Part shown: positions 55,100 to 64,000 of the stretch, piece by piece | Numbering within the stretch: the stretch's first letter is position 1 | Layout of the letters: each line of letters opens with the position of its first letter | NCBI GenBank assembly: GCA_001805105.1 | Contig: MHEE01000013.1 | Span: 23,826-87,825 of the forward strand | Reading direction: 5' to 3' | Origin: Nitrospirae bacterium GWF2_44_13 | GTDB taxonomy: Bacteria; Nitrospirota; Thermodesulfovibrionia; Thermodesulfovibrionales; UBA1546 | DNA: 64,000 nt | Notes under the pieces: model-generated | Database searches by the model: none | The model's input: the letters and a program-made list of their open reading frames with translations, nothing else | Told to the model about the DNA's origin: nothing | Made by a program: the position numbers and the translations under genes

Positions 55100-55915
55100 A
55101 TGAATAAAACGATATTCATCACGGGTGCCAGTAGTGGCATCGGGAAAATCACCGCCAAGTACTTCCAGGAAAAAGGCTGGAACGTGGTGGCTACTATGCG
55201 CACCCCTGAAAAGGAAGAAGAACTGACTCTGCTGGATAATGTTCTGGTGACGCGACTTGATGTGCGGGATCCGGCTTCGATTAAAGGCGCCGTTAGTGCA
55301 GGCATTGAAAAATTTGGCAAGATCGATGTCCTACTTAACAACGCAGGCTATGGGGCCTATGGGCCGTTGGAAGCCACCCCGATGGAAAAGATTCGGCGTC
55401 AATTCGACGTAAACGTCATTGGCCTGATGGAAACCATCAAAGCCGTCTTGCCGCATTTCCGCATAAACAAGGACGGCATCATCATCAACATCTCGTCCAT
55501 TGGCGGCAAGATGACCTTTCCCTTAGGCTCGCTATATCACGGCTCGAAATTTGCCGTAGAGGGCCTGTCGGAAGCCTTGAGTTTTGAGATGGAGGCCATT
55601 GGGGTCAAGGTAAAGATCGTCGAACCCGGCATGATCAAAACCGATTTTGGCGGCCGTTCCTTTGACTTCAACAACGATGAGAACATGGTTGAGTATCAAG
55701 AAACGATCTCAAAGCTTTTTGCAGCCTTTAGCGTGGTAACTGAAACGGCATCTGATCCAATCGTTGTAGCAGAAGTCATCTACAAAGCTGTAACCGATGG
55801 CTCCGACCAGCTACGCTACACAGCAGGGGAAGATGCAAAAGCTATTGTGGCGCAGCGAAAGCAACTCAGCGATGCTGAGTTCATAGGCGGAATTAAGGCA
55901 CAGTTTGGCCTATGA
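55100..55915 (+). CDS. short-chain dehydrogenase/reductase (classical SDR)
   Basis: ORF track, 271 aa. TGASSGIG, NNAG, and the S...YxxxK (YHGSK) catalytic motif. Ile codons are mostly ATC/ATT, unlike the ATA-rich neighbours. Confidence 0.9.
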   Translation: MNKTIFITGASSGIGKITAKYFQEKGWNVVATMRTPEKEEELTLLDNVLVTRLDVRDPASIKGAVSAGIEKFGKIDVLLNNAGYGAYGPLEATPMEKIRRQFDVNVIGLMETIKAVLPHFRINKDGIIINISSIGGKMTFPLGSLYHGSKFAVEGLSEALSFEMEAIGVKVKIVEPGMIKTDFGGRSFDFNNDENMVEYQETISKLFAAFSVVTETASDPIVVAEVIYKAVTDGSDQLRYTAGEDAKAIVAQRKQLSDAEFIGGIKAQFGL

Positions 55916-56116
55916 ACTGAAACCTGAACAACCGTATTGAGACCAACGCCGAGAAGCGCGGTGGCGCTACGCGGCAAGGTCATTGGCGGCGGCATCGCAT
56001 GCTTTATGTTTTATTTCTTGTGGTCTCCTCCCCCAAAGCATAAAGGCTTTTCTGATCGTGACCGGCTCGAAGCAACCTCACGAGCTATGGGTGGGAGGAG
56101 TGCACCAAACAAAAAA

Positions 56117-56141
56117 GCCCCCGCTTCAAAAAAGCGGGGGC
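56117..56141 (-). terminator. rho-independent terminator of the rpoA-rplQ operon
   Basis: GCCCCCGC/GCGGGGGC stem with a 9-nt loop. On the minus strand it is followed by CTTTTTTG. About 30 nt after the rplQ stop. Confidence 0.85.
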
Positions 56142-56170
56142 TTTCAATTAACTTTATTCAAAACTAAAGA

Positions 56171-56602
56171 TTACTTTTTCCCTTCCTTTTTCTCTTCTTC
56201 TTTCTTCTCTGCCTTCGCCTTCTTCACTTTCGGCTTCTTTATGCTCTCGTAGTCTATGAATTCAAGAACAGCCATCGGCGCCCCGTCATTAACCCTGTTC
56301 CTTGTCTGCACTAGTCTCAGATACCCGCCGTTTCTGCCGCTGAACCTCGGCGCTATCTCGCTGAACAACTTTGCCACAACAGCCCTGTTCGGAACATATG
56401 AAAGCACAAGGCGTTTTGAATGGAGGTCGCCTTTTATCCCCATGGTTACAATTTTCTCAGCAATCACTTTTGCAGCCTTTGCCTTTGCAAGTGTTGTCTC
56501 TATCCTCTGATACTCTAATAACGAAGAGACTATCCCTTTCAGGAGCGCCTTCCTCTGGTTTGCCGTTCTTCCGAATAGCCTTCCGCTAACTTTATGACGC
56601 AT
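56171..56602 (-). CDS. rplQ: 50S ribosomal protein L17
   Basis: ORF track, 143 aa. MRHKVSGRLFGR...TTLAKAK; Lys/Glu-rich tail. Confidence 0.97.
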   Translation of the reverse strand: MRHKVSGRLFGRTANQRKALLKGIVSSLLEYQRIETTLAKAKAAKVIAEKIVTMGIKGDLHSKRLVLSYVPNRAVVAKLFSEIAPRFSGRNGGYLRLVQTRNRVNDGAPMAVLEFIDYESIKKPKVKKAKAEKKEEEKKEGKK

Positions 56603-57629
56603 CTTGTCCTACACTCCTGACCTGTGAAGTTGCCATTTTATTCACCATTTCCCTGTCAATCTTCATGCCGAAATTAAGCCCCATGTTTTGAAGCATTTCC
56701 TTTATCTCATTTAGAGACTTCCTGCCGAAATTTTTTGTCTTCAGCATCTCTGGCTCTGTTCTTTCAACAAGGTCTGCAATAATCTTGATGTCCGCATTTC
56801 TCATGCAGTTATATGCCCTTACGGAAAGCTCCAGTTCGTTAACGCTCTTCAGGAGATTGGGATTAAACGCCGGCGCATCTCCTGATGCCGATGAACTGCT
56901 ACTCATTTCAAACTCCGGGTTTTCCTCGTCTTGTTCAAGCATGAAAATACGCATATGGTCCGTAACTATAGCCGCAGCCTGAGAGACTGCTTTTTTAGGC
57001 GTTACGCTTCCGTCCGTCCATATCTCCATCACAAGCCTGTCGTAGTCTGTGGCCCTTCCGACCCTTGCCTTCTCAACCCAGAAATTCACTTTCCTGACCG
57101 GGCTGAAAACAGAGTCCACCGCAATCATGCCGACTGGAAGCTCTTCTTCCTTGTTAAGTTCGGCTGATACATACCCTCTGCCTTTCTTGATGTACATCTC
57201 AGCCTCAAAAACAGCCCCTTTGTCAAGGGTGGCTATAAGCTGTTCAGGATTAAGTATCTCAACGCTTGAATCAACCTGAATGTCATTGCCTTTAACTTCA
57301 CCCGGGCCCTTAACTTTGATTGTGGCGATCCGCTTTCCATCGGCGTGCATCTTGACCCTGAGCTTTTTTATGTTCAGGATGATGTCCACCACATCTTCTT
57401 TAACGCCGGTAATGGATGAAAGTTCATGAACAGAACCGGTTATTTTTACTGCTGTTACCGCCGCGCCTTCAAGGGACGACAGCAAAACTCTCCGTATGGA
57501 GTTCCCGAGTGTTGTCCCGAAACCGCGTTCTAACGGCTCCGCCACGAGCTTACCGTAGGTGCTCGTTAATGTCTCTTCATCAAACTCGCTGTTTTCAGGT
57601 AACTGAAAGCCTTTTTTCTTTAAATCCAT
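56592..57629 (-). CDS. rpoA: DNA-directed RNA polymerase subunit alpha
   Basis: ORF track, 345 aa. PLERGFGTTLGNSIRRVLLSS N-terminal domain and C-terminal LELSVRAYNCM. Confidence 0.97.
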   Translation of the reverse strand: MDLKKKGFQLPENSEFDEETLTSTYGKLVAEPLERGFGTTLGNSIRRVLLSSLEGAAVTAVKITGSVHELSSITGVKEDVVDIILNIKKLRVKMHADGKRIATIKVKGPGEVKGNDIQVDSSVEILNPEQLIATLDKGAVFEAEMYIKKGRGYVSAELNKEEELPVGMIAVDSVFSPVRKVNFWVEKARVGRATDYDRLVMEIWTDGSVTPKKAVSQAAAIVTDHMRIFMLEQDEENPEFEMSSSSSASGDAPAFNPNLLKSVNELELSVRAYNCMRNADIKIIADLVERTEPEMLKTKNFGRKSLNEIKEMLQNMGLNFGMKIDREMVNKMATSQVRSVGQDAS

Positions 57630-57665
57630 CTAAGGCCTCCCACGCCTCTTTTATTTTTAAAAACT

Positions 57666-58292
57666 CTACTTTGAATAAAGTTCAACTATCAACTGTTCCT
57701 GAACAGGCAGTTGCATCTCTTCCCTTGAGGGTATATGCAGCACCTTCCCTTTGAAGCTTGCGCTGTCAACCTCAACCCATGCAGGAATTCCTCTATTCTC
57801 AAGCCTTGACATATTATCAGCCAGGGTCGGGATCTTTCTGCTTTTCTCCTTAACCTCGATAACATCTTTCGCCTTAACAAGATAAGAAGGGATGCTTACT
57901 GCTTTTCCATTCACGGTAAAATGTCCGTGCGTTATAAACTGCCTTGCCTCTCTTCTGTTTATCGCAAATCCCATTCTGAACACTGCGCTGTCCAGTCGGC
58001 GCTCAAGAAGCTGTAAGAGTAATTCTCCAGTAGGGCCCTTCTTTCTTTCTGCCTCATGAAAATATATTCTGAACTGCTTCTCAAAAAGCCCGTAGCTCTT
58101 TCTTGTCTTCTGTTTTTCCCTAAGCTGGATACCGTAATCCGAGATTTTTGTACGTCTTTGCCCGTGCTGGCCCGGCGGATATTTCCTCCTCTCTACCGAA
58201 CATTTCTCAGTGAAACACCTGTCTCCCTTAAGAAACAGTTTGTCACCTTCTCTACGGCACACTCTGCATAAAGGCCCAGTATATCTTGCCAC
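57666..58292 (-). CDS. rpsD: 30S ribosomal protein S4
   Basis: ORF track, 208 aa. [16 protein letters not shown]... and S4 domain. Confidence 0.97.
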   Translation of the reverse strand: MARYTGPLCRVCRREGDKLFLKGDRCFTEKCSVERRKYPPGQHGQRRTKISDYGIQLREKQKTRKSYGLFEKQFRIYFHEAERKKGPTGELLLQLLERRLDSAVFRMGFAINRREARQFITHGHFTVNGKAVSIPSYLVKAKDVIEVKEKSRKIPTLADNMSRLENRGIPAWVEVDSASFKGKVLHIPSREEMQLPVQEQLIVELYSK

Positions 58293-58294
58293 TT

Positions 58295-58681
58295 TTAAAC
58301 TCTCCTTCTCTTTGGAGGCTTACATCCATTATGAGGAACAGGAGTAACGTCCTTTATAAGGTTAACCTCAAGTCCGGCTATCTGCAATGCCCTGATAGCT
58401 GATTCTCTTCCGGCGCCCGGCCCTTTTACAAAAACGTCCAGCTGTTTCATCCCCACATCAATCGCCTTTTTAGCCGCTGATTCTCCTGCCATCTGCGCAG
58501 CATAAGGCGTTCCCTTCCTGGAACCCTTGAACCCAAGGCTCCCGGCGCTTGCCCATGCAACAACATTCCCGTTAGGGTCTGTTATGGAAACTATCGTATT
58601 ATTAAATGTTGCCTGAATATGCGCAGCTCCGACATTTACATGCTTCTTGTCTTTCCTTGCGCCCTTTTTCCGCTGAGCCAT
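58295..58681 (-). CDS. rpsK: 30S ribosomal protein S11
   Basis: ORF track, 128 aa. ...[14 protein letters not shown]...[13 protein letters not shown]. Confidence 0.97.
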   Translation of the reverse strand: MAQRKKGARKDKKHVNVGAAHIQATFNNTIVSITDPNGNVVAWASAGSLGFKGSRKGTPYAAQMAGESAAKKAIDVGMKQLDVFVKGPGAGRESAIRALQIAGLEVNLIKDVTPVPHNGCKPPKRRRV

Positions 58682-58684
58682 CCG

Positions 58685-59059
58685 CTATGCCTCCTTCTTT
58701 TTGCCCATGATGGTTTTCCTCGGACCTCTGCGGGTGCGGGCATTTGTCTTTGTTCTCTGTCCCCTCACAGGAAGCCCTGTCTTATGCCTTAGGCCCCTGT
58801 AACAGCCAATTTCCATAAGCCTTTTTATCCCCATTGTGGTCTCACGCCTGAGGTCGCCCTCGACCTTATATTCCCTGTCAATGGCAGATCTTATTTTTAC
58901 AATGTCTTCGTCTGTTATATCTTTTACCCTTATGTCAGGATTAACTTTTGTCTCAGCCAGTATTTTCTTCGACAAAGACCTGCCTATCCCTAATATCCTT
59001 GTTAACCCTATCTCAATCCGTTCATTCTTTGGTAAATCCACTCCAGCGATTCTCGCCAT
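58685..59059 (-). CDS. rpsM: 30S ribosomal protein S13
   Basis: ORF track, 124 aa. [20 protein letters not shown]... Confidence 0.97.
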   Translation of the reverse strand: MARIAGVDLPKNERIEIGLTRILGIGRSLSKKILAETKVNPDIRVKDITDEDIVKIRSAIDREYKVEGDLRRETTMGIKRLMEIGCYRGLRHKTGLPVRGQRTKTNARTRRGPRKTIMGKKKEA

Positions 59060-59070
59060 TTATTCTCCTA

Positions 59071-59135
59071 TTCAGTGTCAGTGTTTAGTATCAGTAAAGC
59101 CTTTTCTAACTGACACAGTTCACTGTCACTAATCA
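59071..59135. repeat. inverted heptanucleotide arrays (CAGT/ACTG family) filling the rpmJ-rpsM spacer
   Basis: Read directly: TTCAGTG TCAGTGT TTAGTAT CAGTAAA ... CTAACTG ACACAGT TCACTGT CACTAAT. Confidence 0.75.
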
Positions 59136-59141
59136 CTTTAA

Positions 59142-59255
59142 TCATCCCTGCCTTTGCTTGTGGCGGGGATTTTCGCATATTATTCTTCTAACGCCCTTCC
59201 TTTTTACAACCTTGCATTTAGCGCATATTGGTTTTACAGATGAACGAACTTTCAT
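59142..59255 (-). CDS. rpmJ: 50S ribosomal protein L36
   Basis: Below the ORF-track size cut-off. Manual translation gives [37 protein letters not shown]. Lies in the expected infA-rpmJ-rpsM position. Confidence 0.9.
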   Translation of the reverse strand: MKVRSSVKPICAKCKVVKRKGVRRIICENPRHKQRQG

Positions 59256-59285
59256 GTCTACCCCTGCTCTTTCTAACTTTTAACT

Positions 59286-59504
59286 TTATTTAAACCTGTA
59301 TGTTATCCTGCCTCTTGTAAGGTCATAAGGCGAGAGTTCCACTGTAACCTTATCACCCGGCAGTATCTTTATAAAATGCATCCTCATCTTGCCGGAAATA
59401 TGAGCGAGGATTATCTGCCCGTTCTCAAGTTTTACCCTAAACATCGCATTGGGCAGCGTTTCAACAATCTTTCCCTCTACCTCTATATTTTCCTCTTTAG
59501 GCAT
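59286..59504 (-). CDS. infA: translation initiation factor IF-1
   Basis: ORF track, 72 aa. ...[21 protein letters not shown]...HISGKMR. Confidence 0.97.
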   Translation of the reverse strand: MPKEENIEVEGKIVETLPNAMFRVKLENGQIILAHISGKMRMHFIKILPGDKVTVELSPYDLTRGRITYRFK

Positions 59505-59528
59505 TAGCTGAGAAGTATAACATCTATA

Positions 59529-60275
59529 TTATATTTTCGTCAAGATTCTTGCGTCTCCGTCAGTAATGGCAATCGTATGCTCAAAGTGAGCGGAGAGTCC
59601 GCCGTCAAGGGTAACTGCCGTCCATCCATCGTCAAGTATGCTGACCTCATGCCCGCCTGTATTAACCATAGGCTCAATTGCGAGGGTCATGCCTTCCTTT
59701 AGTCTCGGCCCCTGCCCTGAGACGCCAAAATTCGGGACCTGAGGTTCTTCATGAAGCGACATCCCAATCCCGTGTCCGACAAATGCCTTCACTACGGAAA
59801 AACCGTTTGCCTCAACATAATTCTCAATGGCAGATGATATATCCGAAACCCTGTTGCGGGGCGTCGCTTTATCTATCCCCTTATAAAGGGCTTCCTCTGT
59901 TACCTTTAAAAGTTTTTTTGCAAGCGGGCTTACCTCCCCGACAGGCATGCTGACTGCCCCGTCTCCATAAAAACCATCCCTATAGACTCCAAGGTCTATG
60001 CTTAACACATCCCCGTCGTTAAGCCTCACACGAGAGGGTATCCCGTGAACAACCTGATTATTCACAGACGTACAGATACTGGCAGGGTATCCCCTGTATC
60101 CTTTAAATGCGGGTGTTCCGCCTTTTGAAGTTATTTTTTCTTCTGCAAACATTTCTATCTCTTTTGTTGTAATACCGGGCTTCACAAACGCCTTCAGATC
60201 TTCCAGTATCTCGGCAACTATTTTACAGGCTTTCGCCATCTTCTCAATCTCCTCAGGAGTCTTTATGACAATCAT
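59529..60275 (-). CDS. map: type I methionine aminopeptidase
   Basis: ORF track, 248 aa. VVHGIP, D..D metal ligands, HGIG, EP..., EHT. Confidence 0.95.
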   Translation of the reverse strand: MIVIKTPEEIEKMAKACKIVAEILEDLKAFVKPGITTKEIEMFAEEKITSKGGTPAFKGYRGYPASICTSVNNQVVHGIPSRVRLNDGDVLSIDLGVYRDGFYGDGAVSMPVGEVSPLAKKLLKVTEEALYKGIDKATPRNRVSDISSAIENYVEANGFSVVKAFVGHGIGMSLHEEPQVPNFGVSGQGPRLKEGMTLAIEPMVNTGGHEVSILDDGWTAVTLDGGLSAHFEHTIAITDGDARILTKI

Positions 60276-61582
60276 TACCTCCGGCCCTTTATCCTGCCCT
60301 TCTTTAAAAAGCCTTCGTATGAGCGGGTAACGAGGTGCGACTCAATCTGTGACACTGTGTCAAGGGCAACGCCGACAACAATCAGCAGCGATGTCCCGCC
60401 AAAATAAAAAGGGACGTTGAACCTCTGTATGAGAATCTCAGGAATAATACACACAACTGCAAGATATACTGCGCCGACAAATGTTAATCTCGACATAACC
60501 CTGTAAATGTATTCCGATGTCTTCTGTCCCGGCCTTATGCCCGGAATGTATCCCCCATATTTTTTAAGATTGTCCGCTATATCCACGGGGTTAAACACAA
60601 TTGCAGTGTAAAAATAAGCAAAAAAGAATATCATGCCAACGTAGAGCATTGTATAAAAAACAGTGCCCGGAGAAAGTTGCTTTGCTATGCCCTGAACCCA
60701 CGGGATTGCTATAAAACCGGCGATAGTCGCAGGGAACATTATTATGGAAGATGCAAATATAGGCGGAATAACGCCTGATGTGTTTACCTTCAAAGGAAGG
60801 TGAGTGCTCTGGCCGCCGTATATCTTGCGGCCGACAAGCCGCTTTGCATATTGAACAGGTATCTTTCTCTGCCCTCTCTCGATAAATATAATCACGCCGA
60901 TAACGGCAACCATCATCGCAATAAGAAAGATAACAAGGAATATTGACAGTTCTCCGGCTTTTAACAGTTGATATGTGCTGATTACAGCGTTAGGGAATCT
61001 TGCAACAATACCGGCAAAGATAATAAGAGATATGCCGTTGCCTATCCCTCTTTCCGTAATCTGTTCTCCAAGCCACATTATGAATGCTGTGCCGGACGTA
61101 AGGGTTATCATTGTAATTAACCTGAATGACCAGCCGGGACTCTGTATAAAAGCGCCTCCTGCCATGCTCTCAAGGCCAATCGCAATACCCATTGACTGGA
61201 TTGCGCTTATAACAACTGTTGCGTATCTTGTATATCTTGTTATCTTCTTCCTGCCGGCTTCTCCCTCTTTGGCAAGCTTACCGATTGCAGGGATAACGAC
61301 TGTCAGGAGCTGAAAAATAATCGAGGCGCTTATGTAAGGCATAATCCCAAGGGCAAATATGGTAACCCTTGAAAGCGCTCCGCCTGAAAACATATCAAAG
61401 AACCCCATAAGAGCGCCAGCGCCGCTTGCAGCAAGGAATTTGCTCAGTTCCTCGCCGTTTATGCCCGGGGTCGGGATATGGCCGCCTATCCTGTATACAA
61501 TAAGTAGTGCAAGCGTAAAGAGAACCCTGTTTTTTAACTCAGGGACTTTAAATATGTTCTGAAAGTTTGAAAGAATTCCCAT
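60275..61582 (-). CDS. secY: preprotein translocase subunit SecY
   Basis: ORF track. 10-TM pattern, GIMPYISASII and LGEQITERGIGNGISL. Start moved to MGILSNF, 20 nt after the rplO stop. The secY stop overlaps the map ATG. Confidence 0.95.
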   Translation of the reverse strand: MGILSNFQNIFKVPELKNRVLFTLALLIVYRIGGHIPTPGINGEELSKFLAASGAGALMGFFDMFSGGALSRVTIFALGIMPYISASIIFQLLTVVIPAIGKLAKEGEAGRKKITRYTRYATVVISAIQSMGIAIGLESMAGGAFIQSPGWSFRLITMITLTSGTAFIMWLGEQITERGIGNGISLIIFAGIVARFPNAVISTYQLLKAGELSIFLVIFLIAMMVAVIGVIIFIERGQRKIPVQYAKRLVGRKIYGGQSTHLPLKVNTSGVIPPIFASSIIMFPATIAGFIAIPWVQGIAKQLSPGTVFYTMLYVGMIFFFAYFYTAIVFNPVDIADNLKKYGGYIPGIRPGQKTSEYIYRVMSRLTFVGAVYLAVVCIIPEILIQRFNVPFYFGGTSLLIVVGVALDTVSQIESHLVTRSYEGFLKKGRIKGRR

Positions 61583-61601
61583 AATAGAAATTATTTGATT
61601 T

Positions 61602-62042
61602 TTAGATTGTTTCTGCTTTACCGCCTGCAGCGGCAATCTTGGCTGCAGCTGCAGCGCTGAATATTTTCGCCTTTATTGTAACGGGTCTTTTTATCTCGCC
61701 GGCACCGAGTATCTTGATTCCGTCTTTAATCTGCCTGACTACCCCTCTTTCAACAAGCAGTCCAGGTGTTATAACATCACTGTCTTCAATCCTTGCAAGG
61801 TCTTTCAGGTTTATTACTGCATATTCCTTAGCAAAATGATTTTTAAACCCTCTCTTGGGGATTCTCCTCTGCAACGGCATCTGCCCACCTTCAAAACCTG
61901 CTCCTTTTCCGCTGCCGGCGCGCGCTTTCTGCCCTTTATGACCCTTGCAGGACGTCTTGCCATGGCCCGAACCTATTCCGCGGCCTACTCTCTTATTTCT
62001 TTTTCTGCAGCCGTCTGCGGGCTTTAAATCATCTAGCCTCAT
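61602..62042 (-). CDS. rplO: 50S ribosomal protein L15
   Basis: ORF track, 146 aa. [23 protein letters not shown] overlap with the rpsE stop. Confidence 0.97.
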   Translation of the reverse strand: MRLDDLKPADGCRKRNKRVGRGIGSGHGKTSCKGHKGQKARAGSGKGAGFEGGQMPLQRRIPKRGFKNHFAKEYAVINLKDLARIEDSDVITPGLLVERGVVRQIKDGIKILGAGEIKRPVTIKAKIFSAAAAAKIAAAGGKAETI

Positions 62043-62560
62043 CTAACTCCTCCGCTATTTTCCTGCGCTTCTTCCTCTGTCCTTCCCCTCAATCTGCGGA
62101 CTGCATCAGGGTCCTTAAGCTTTAACAGCCCGTCAATAGTAGCCTCTGCGGTATTGTAAGGATTATGGCTGCCGATTGCTTTGGCAACAATATCCTGTAT
62201 GCCGGCAACATCCAGCACTGCCCTTACAGCGCCGCCTGCGATAAGTCCTGTGCCTTTGACTGCAGGATTCATAACGATATAACCGGAACCGAACCTGCCT
62301 GTTATCCTGTGGGGGATTGTTCCATCTTTCATGGGGAATTTAACCAATGATTTCTTTGCCTGCTCAACAGCCTTTCTTATTGCCTCAGGGACTTCTTTTG
62401 CCTTGCCTTTACCAATGCCCACGATGCCGTCTCCATTTCCAACAGCAACCAGCGCAGCAAAAGAAAATCTTCTTCCGCCCTTCACAACCTTTGCAACTCT
62501 GTTTATAAATACAACCTTATCTTTTAAAGTCAGTCCATCCGGATCAATTCTTTTCACCAT
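62039..62560 (-). CDS. rpsE: 30S ribosomal protein S5
   Basis: ORF track, 173 aa. ...[21 protein letters not shown]... Confidence 0.97.
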   Translation of the reverse strand: MVKRIDPDGLTLKDKVVFINRVAKVVKGGRRFSFAALVAVGNGDGIVGIGKGKAKEVPEAIRKAVEQAKKSLVKFPMKDGTIPHRITGRFGSGYIVMNPAVKGTGLIAGGAVRAVLDVAGIQDIVAKAIGSHNPYNTAEATIDGLLKLKDPDAVRRLRGRTEEEAQENSGGVR

Positions 62561-62573
62561 ACCCCCTGTTACA

Positions 62574-62664
62574 AAAAGTTCAAAGTTGAAAGTTCAAAGT
62601 TGACAATTAACAATTCAAAATGAAGGATTCCATAATTTTTCATTTTGCTTTTTGAATTTTGCAT
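62574..62664. repeat. inverted heptanucleotide arrays filling the rplR-rpsE spacer
   Basis: Read directly: AAAAGTT CAAAGTT GAAAGTT CAAAGTT GACAATT AACAATT CAAAATG ... TTTTCAT TTTGCTT TTTGAAT TTTGCAT TTTAAAA. CAAAATGA pairs with TCATTTTG. Confidence 0.85.
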
Positions 62665-62665
62665 T

Positions 62666-63034
62666 TTAAAACTCAAGTCCGTTTTCTCTGGCAGCATCAG
62701 CTAAGGCCTTAACCCTGCCATGATAAAGATAGCCGCCCCTGTCAAAAACAACCCTCTTTATCCCCTTTTTTAATGCCTTCTTGGCTATGAGCTCGCCAAC
62801 TTGCTTTGCCGCACTAATATTGCCCTTTCCGGACTTCTTATCTTTACCTTTCAGCTCTTTATCAAGGCTTGATGCGGCAGCAATAGTGCTGCCCTTGAAA
62901 TCATCTATAATCTGTGCATACATATGTGACAGGCTCCTGTAAACTGACAGCCTCGGCCTCTCAGTTGTGCCCGCAACTTTTTTCCTTATTCTTTCATGCC
63001 TTCTTGTTCTTGCGTCCTTTATCTCTGCTGCCAA
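62666..63034 (-). CDS. rplR: 50S ribosomal protein L18
   Basis: ORF track, 122 aa. ...[18 protein letters not shown]...[17 protein letters not shown]. Confidence 0.97.
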   Translation of the reverse strand: MAAEIKDARTRRHERIRKKVAGTTERPRLSVYRSLSHMYAQIIDDFKGSTIAAASSLDKELKGKDKKSGKGNISAAKQVGELIAKKALKKGIKRVVFDRGGYLYHGRVKALADAARENGLEF

Positions 63035-63052
63035 CTTGCAACCTCCAATATA

Positions 63053-63087
63053 ATTTTAAAATTCATTAATTTTGAATTTTGAATTTA
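63053..63087. repeat. heptanucleotide array (NAATTTT units) in the rplF-rplR spacer
   Basis: Read directly: ATTTTAA AATTCAT TAATTTT GAATTTT GAATTTA. Runs from the rplF stop codon towards the rplR RBS. Confidence 0.65.
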
Positions 63088-63627
63088 TTTCTTGCCTGCC
63101 TTGCCTACCTTAAGCTTCAATCTCTGGCCTGCGTATCTTACCCCTTTGCCTTTATAAATATCAGGAGGCCTCAGCGCCCTTAAATCTGCGGCAATCTGTC
63201 CCATCTGCTGTTTGTCAATGCCCGTCAATGTAATCTGCGTCTGCTTCTGGTCTACGGCAGCCTTAATGCCGGGCGGAAGAATAAATTCCACAGGATGAGA
63301 ATATCCCAGAGCAAGCAGAAGTTTATTACCCTGAACCTGAGCCCTGTAACCTGTGCCCGTAATTTCAAGCACTCTCTGGTAACCTGATGAAACTCCGGAT
63401 ACCATATTTGATATAAGACTCCTTGTAAGTCCATGCAATGCCCGAATATTCTTAGTTTCTCCTGTCCTTTCAACCACTACCTTCCCTTCATCTACTTTAA
63501 CCAGCACTCCAACAGGGAACCCAGATGAAAGCTCGCCTTTCGGCCCTTTGACATTAACAGTTGTATCTGCAATTTTTACATCTACGCCTTTTGGTATATC
63601 TATCGGTTTTTTCCCTATTCGAGACAT
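63085..63627 (-). CDS. rplF: 50S ribosomal protein L6
   Basis: ORF track, 180 aa. MSRIGKKPIDIPKGV... Confidence 0.97.
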   Translation of the reverse strand: MSRIGKKPIDIPKGVDVKIADTTVNVKGPKGELSSGFPVGVLVKVDEGKVVVERTGETKNIRALHGLTRSLISNMVSGVSSGYQRVLEITGTGYRAQVQGNKLLLALGYSHPVEFILPPGIKAAVDQKQTQITLTGIDKQQMGQIAADLRALRPPDIYKGKGVRYAGQRLKLKVGKAGKK

Positions 63628-63642
63628 TTATTCCCCTCTCTT

Positions 63643-64000
63643 TTACCACACATAACAAAGAATCTCACCGCCGACACCTTCGCGGCGACAGGTACTGTCA
63701 GTAGCGACGCCCTTGTGCGTTGTCAGTACAGCCATGCCTATGCCTCCCATTACCCTTGGGATCTTTTTGCTGTTTACATAAACCCTGCGTCCGGGTTTAC
63801 TTATCCTTTTCAATCCGGATACAACATTATTCCCATCAACATATTTAAGCGTAATCCTTAAAACACCCTGCTTATCATCTTTTAAGATTTTATATGCCTT
63901 TATGAAACCCTCTTCCTTCAGGATTTTCACTATTTCAAGCTTAAGCTTAGAGGCAGGAATATCAACTTTTTCTGCACGAATAGTAATCGCATTTCTAACG
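63643..64000 (-). CDS. rpsH: 30S ribosomal protein S8 (5' end beyond the window edge)
   Basis: The ORF track shows the C-terminal 95 aa. Manual extension to the window end reads ..RNAITIRAEKVDIPASKLKLEIVKILKEEGFIKAY.., typical of S8. Confidence 0.9.
   Translation of the reverse strand, partial: VRNAITIRAEKVDIPASKLKLEIVKILKEEGFIKAYKILKDDKQGVLRITLKYVDGNNVVSGLKRISKPGRRVYVNSKKIPRVMGGIGMAVLTTHKGVATDSTCRREGVGGEILCYVW

Noticed and set aside
1645-63087. Whether the short tandem arrays could be CRISPR arrays or minisatellite-type contingency loci.
   Set aside because: The period is 7 nt with no unique spacers, so they are not CRISPR. Units are degenerate and sit in essential genes, so simple on/off phase variation by single-unit slippage would be lethal. 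I report them as STRR-like heptamer arrays instead.

Overview
Gene-dense (~70 genes), mostly housekeeping bacterial chromosome segment. I recognised no rRNA, CRISPR array, transposase, integrase or phage genes. Four blocks stand out. (1) Envelope and translation genes: bamA-skp, rluD, dapF/dapA, aspS, leuS-lptE-holA. (2) A minus-strand dissimilatory sulfate-activation supercluster, adk-sat-aprBA-qmoABC-hppA (34.9-46.7 kb). (3) A split atpB-atpE pair, prmC, and a small compositionally atypical islet (DsrE-like gene plus SDR). (4) The distal part of the ribosomal-protein superoperon, rpsH...secY-map-infA-rpmJ-rpsM-rpsK-rpsD-rpoA-rplQ (56.2-64 kb), which lacks adk and rpmD. The gene content (futalosine mqnD, archaeal-type RibL-like FAD synthetase, three-domain ATP-dependent ligase, Qmo/Apr/Sat) suggests a sulfate-reducing lineage such as Nitrospirota/Thermodesulfovibrio-like or a deltaproteobacterial-type organism; this is inference only. 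The most unusual signal is at the DNA level. Short tandem arrays of degenerate HEPTAnucleotide units (AAAGTTN, ATTCAAA, CCCCAAT, ACTGTNN, GATACNG, GTGACGG, AGCYATC...) occur at least 14 times. They fill intercistronic spacers as inverted (hairpin-capable) arrays. They are also embedded in-frame in essential conserved genes (dapF, leuS, prmC) and encode the lptE signal peptide. A second tiny element, the palindrome CCGAGCTGCTCGG, occurs three times inside unrelated coding regions in different reading frames. Other points worth follow-up are an NRAMP-related transporter with a non-canonical metal site next to a stand-alone MgtE-N/CBS sensor protein, relocation of adk from the secY-map junction to the sat operon, a REP-like hairpin doublet between aprA and qmoA, and two disrupted small ORFs. 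All coordinates of manually found features come from hand counting and may be off by 1-2 nt.
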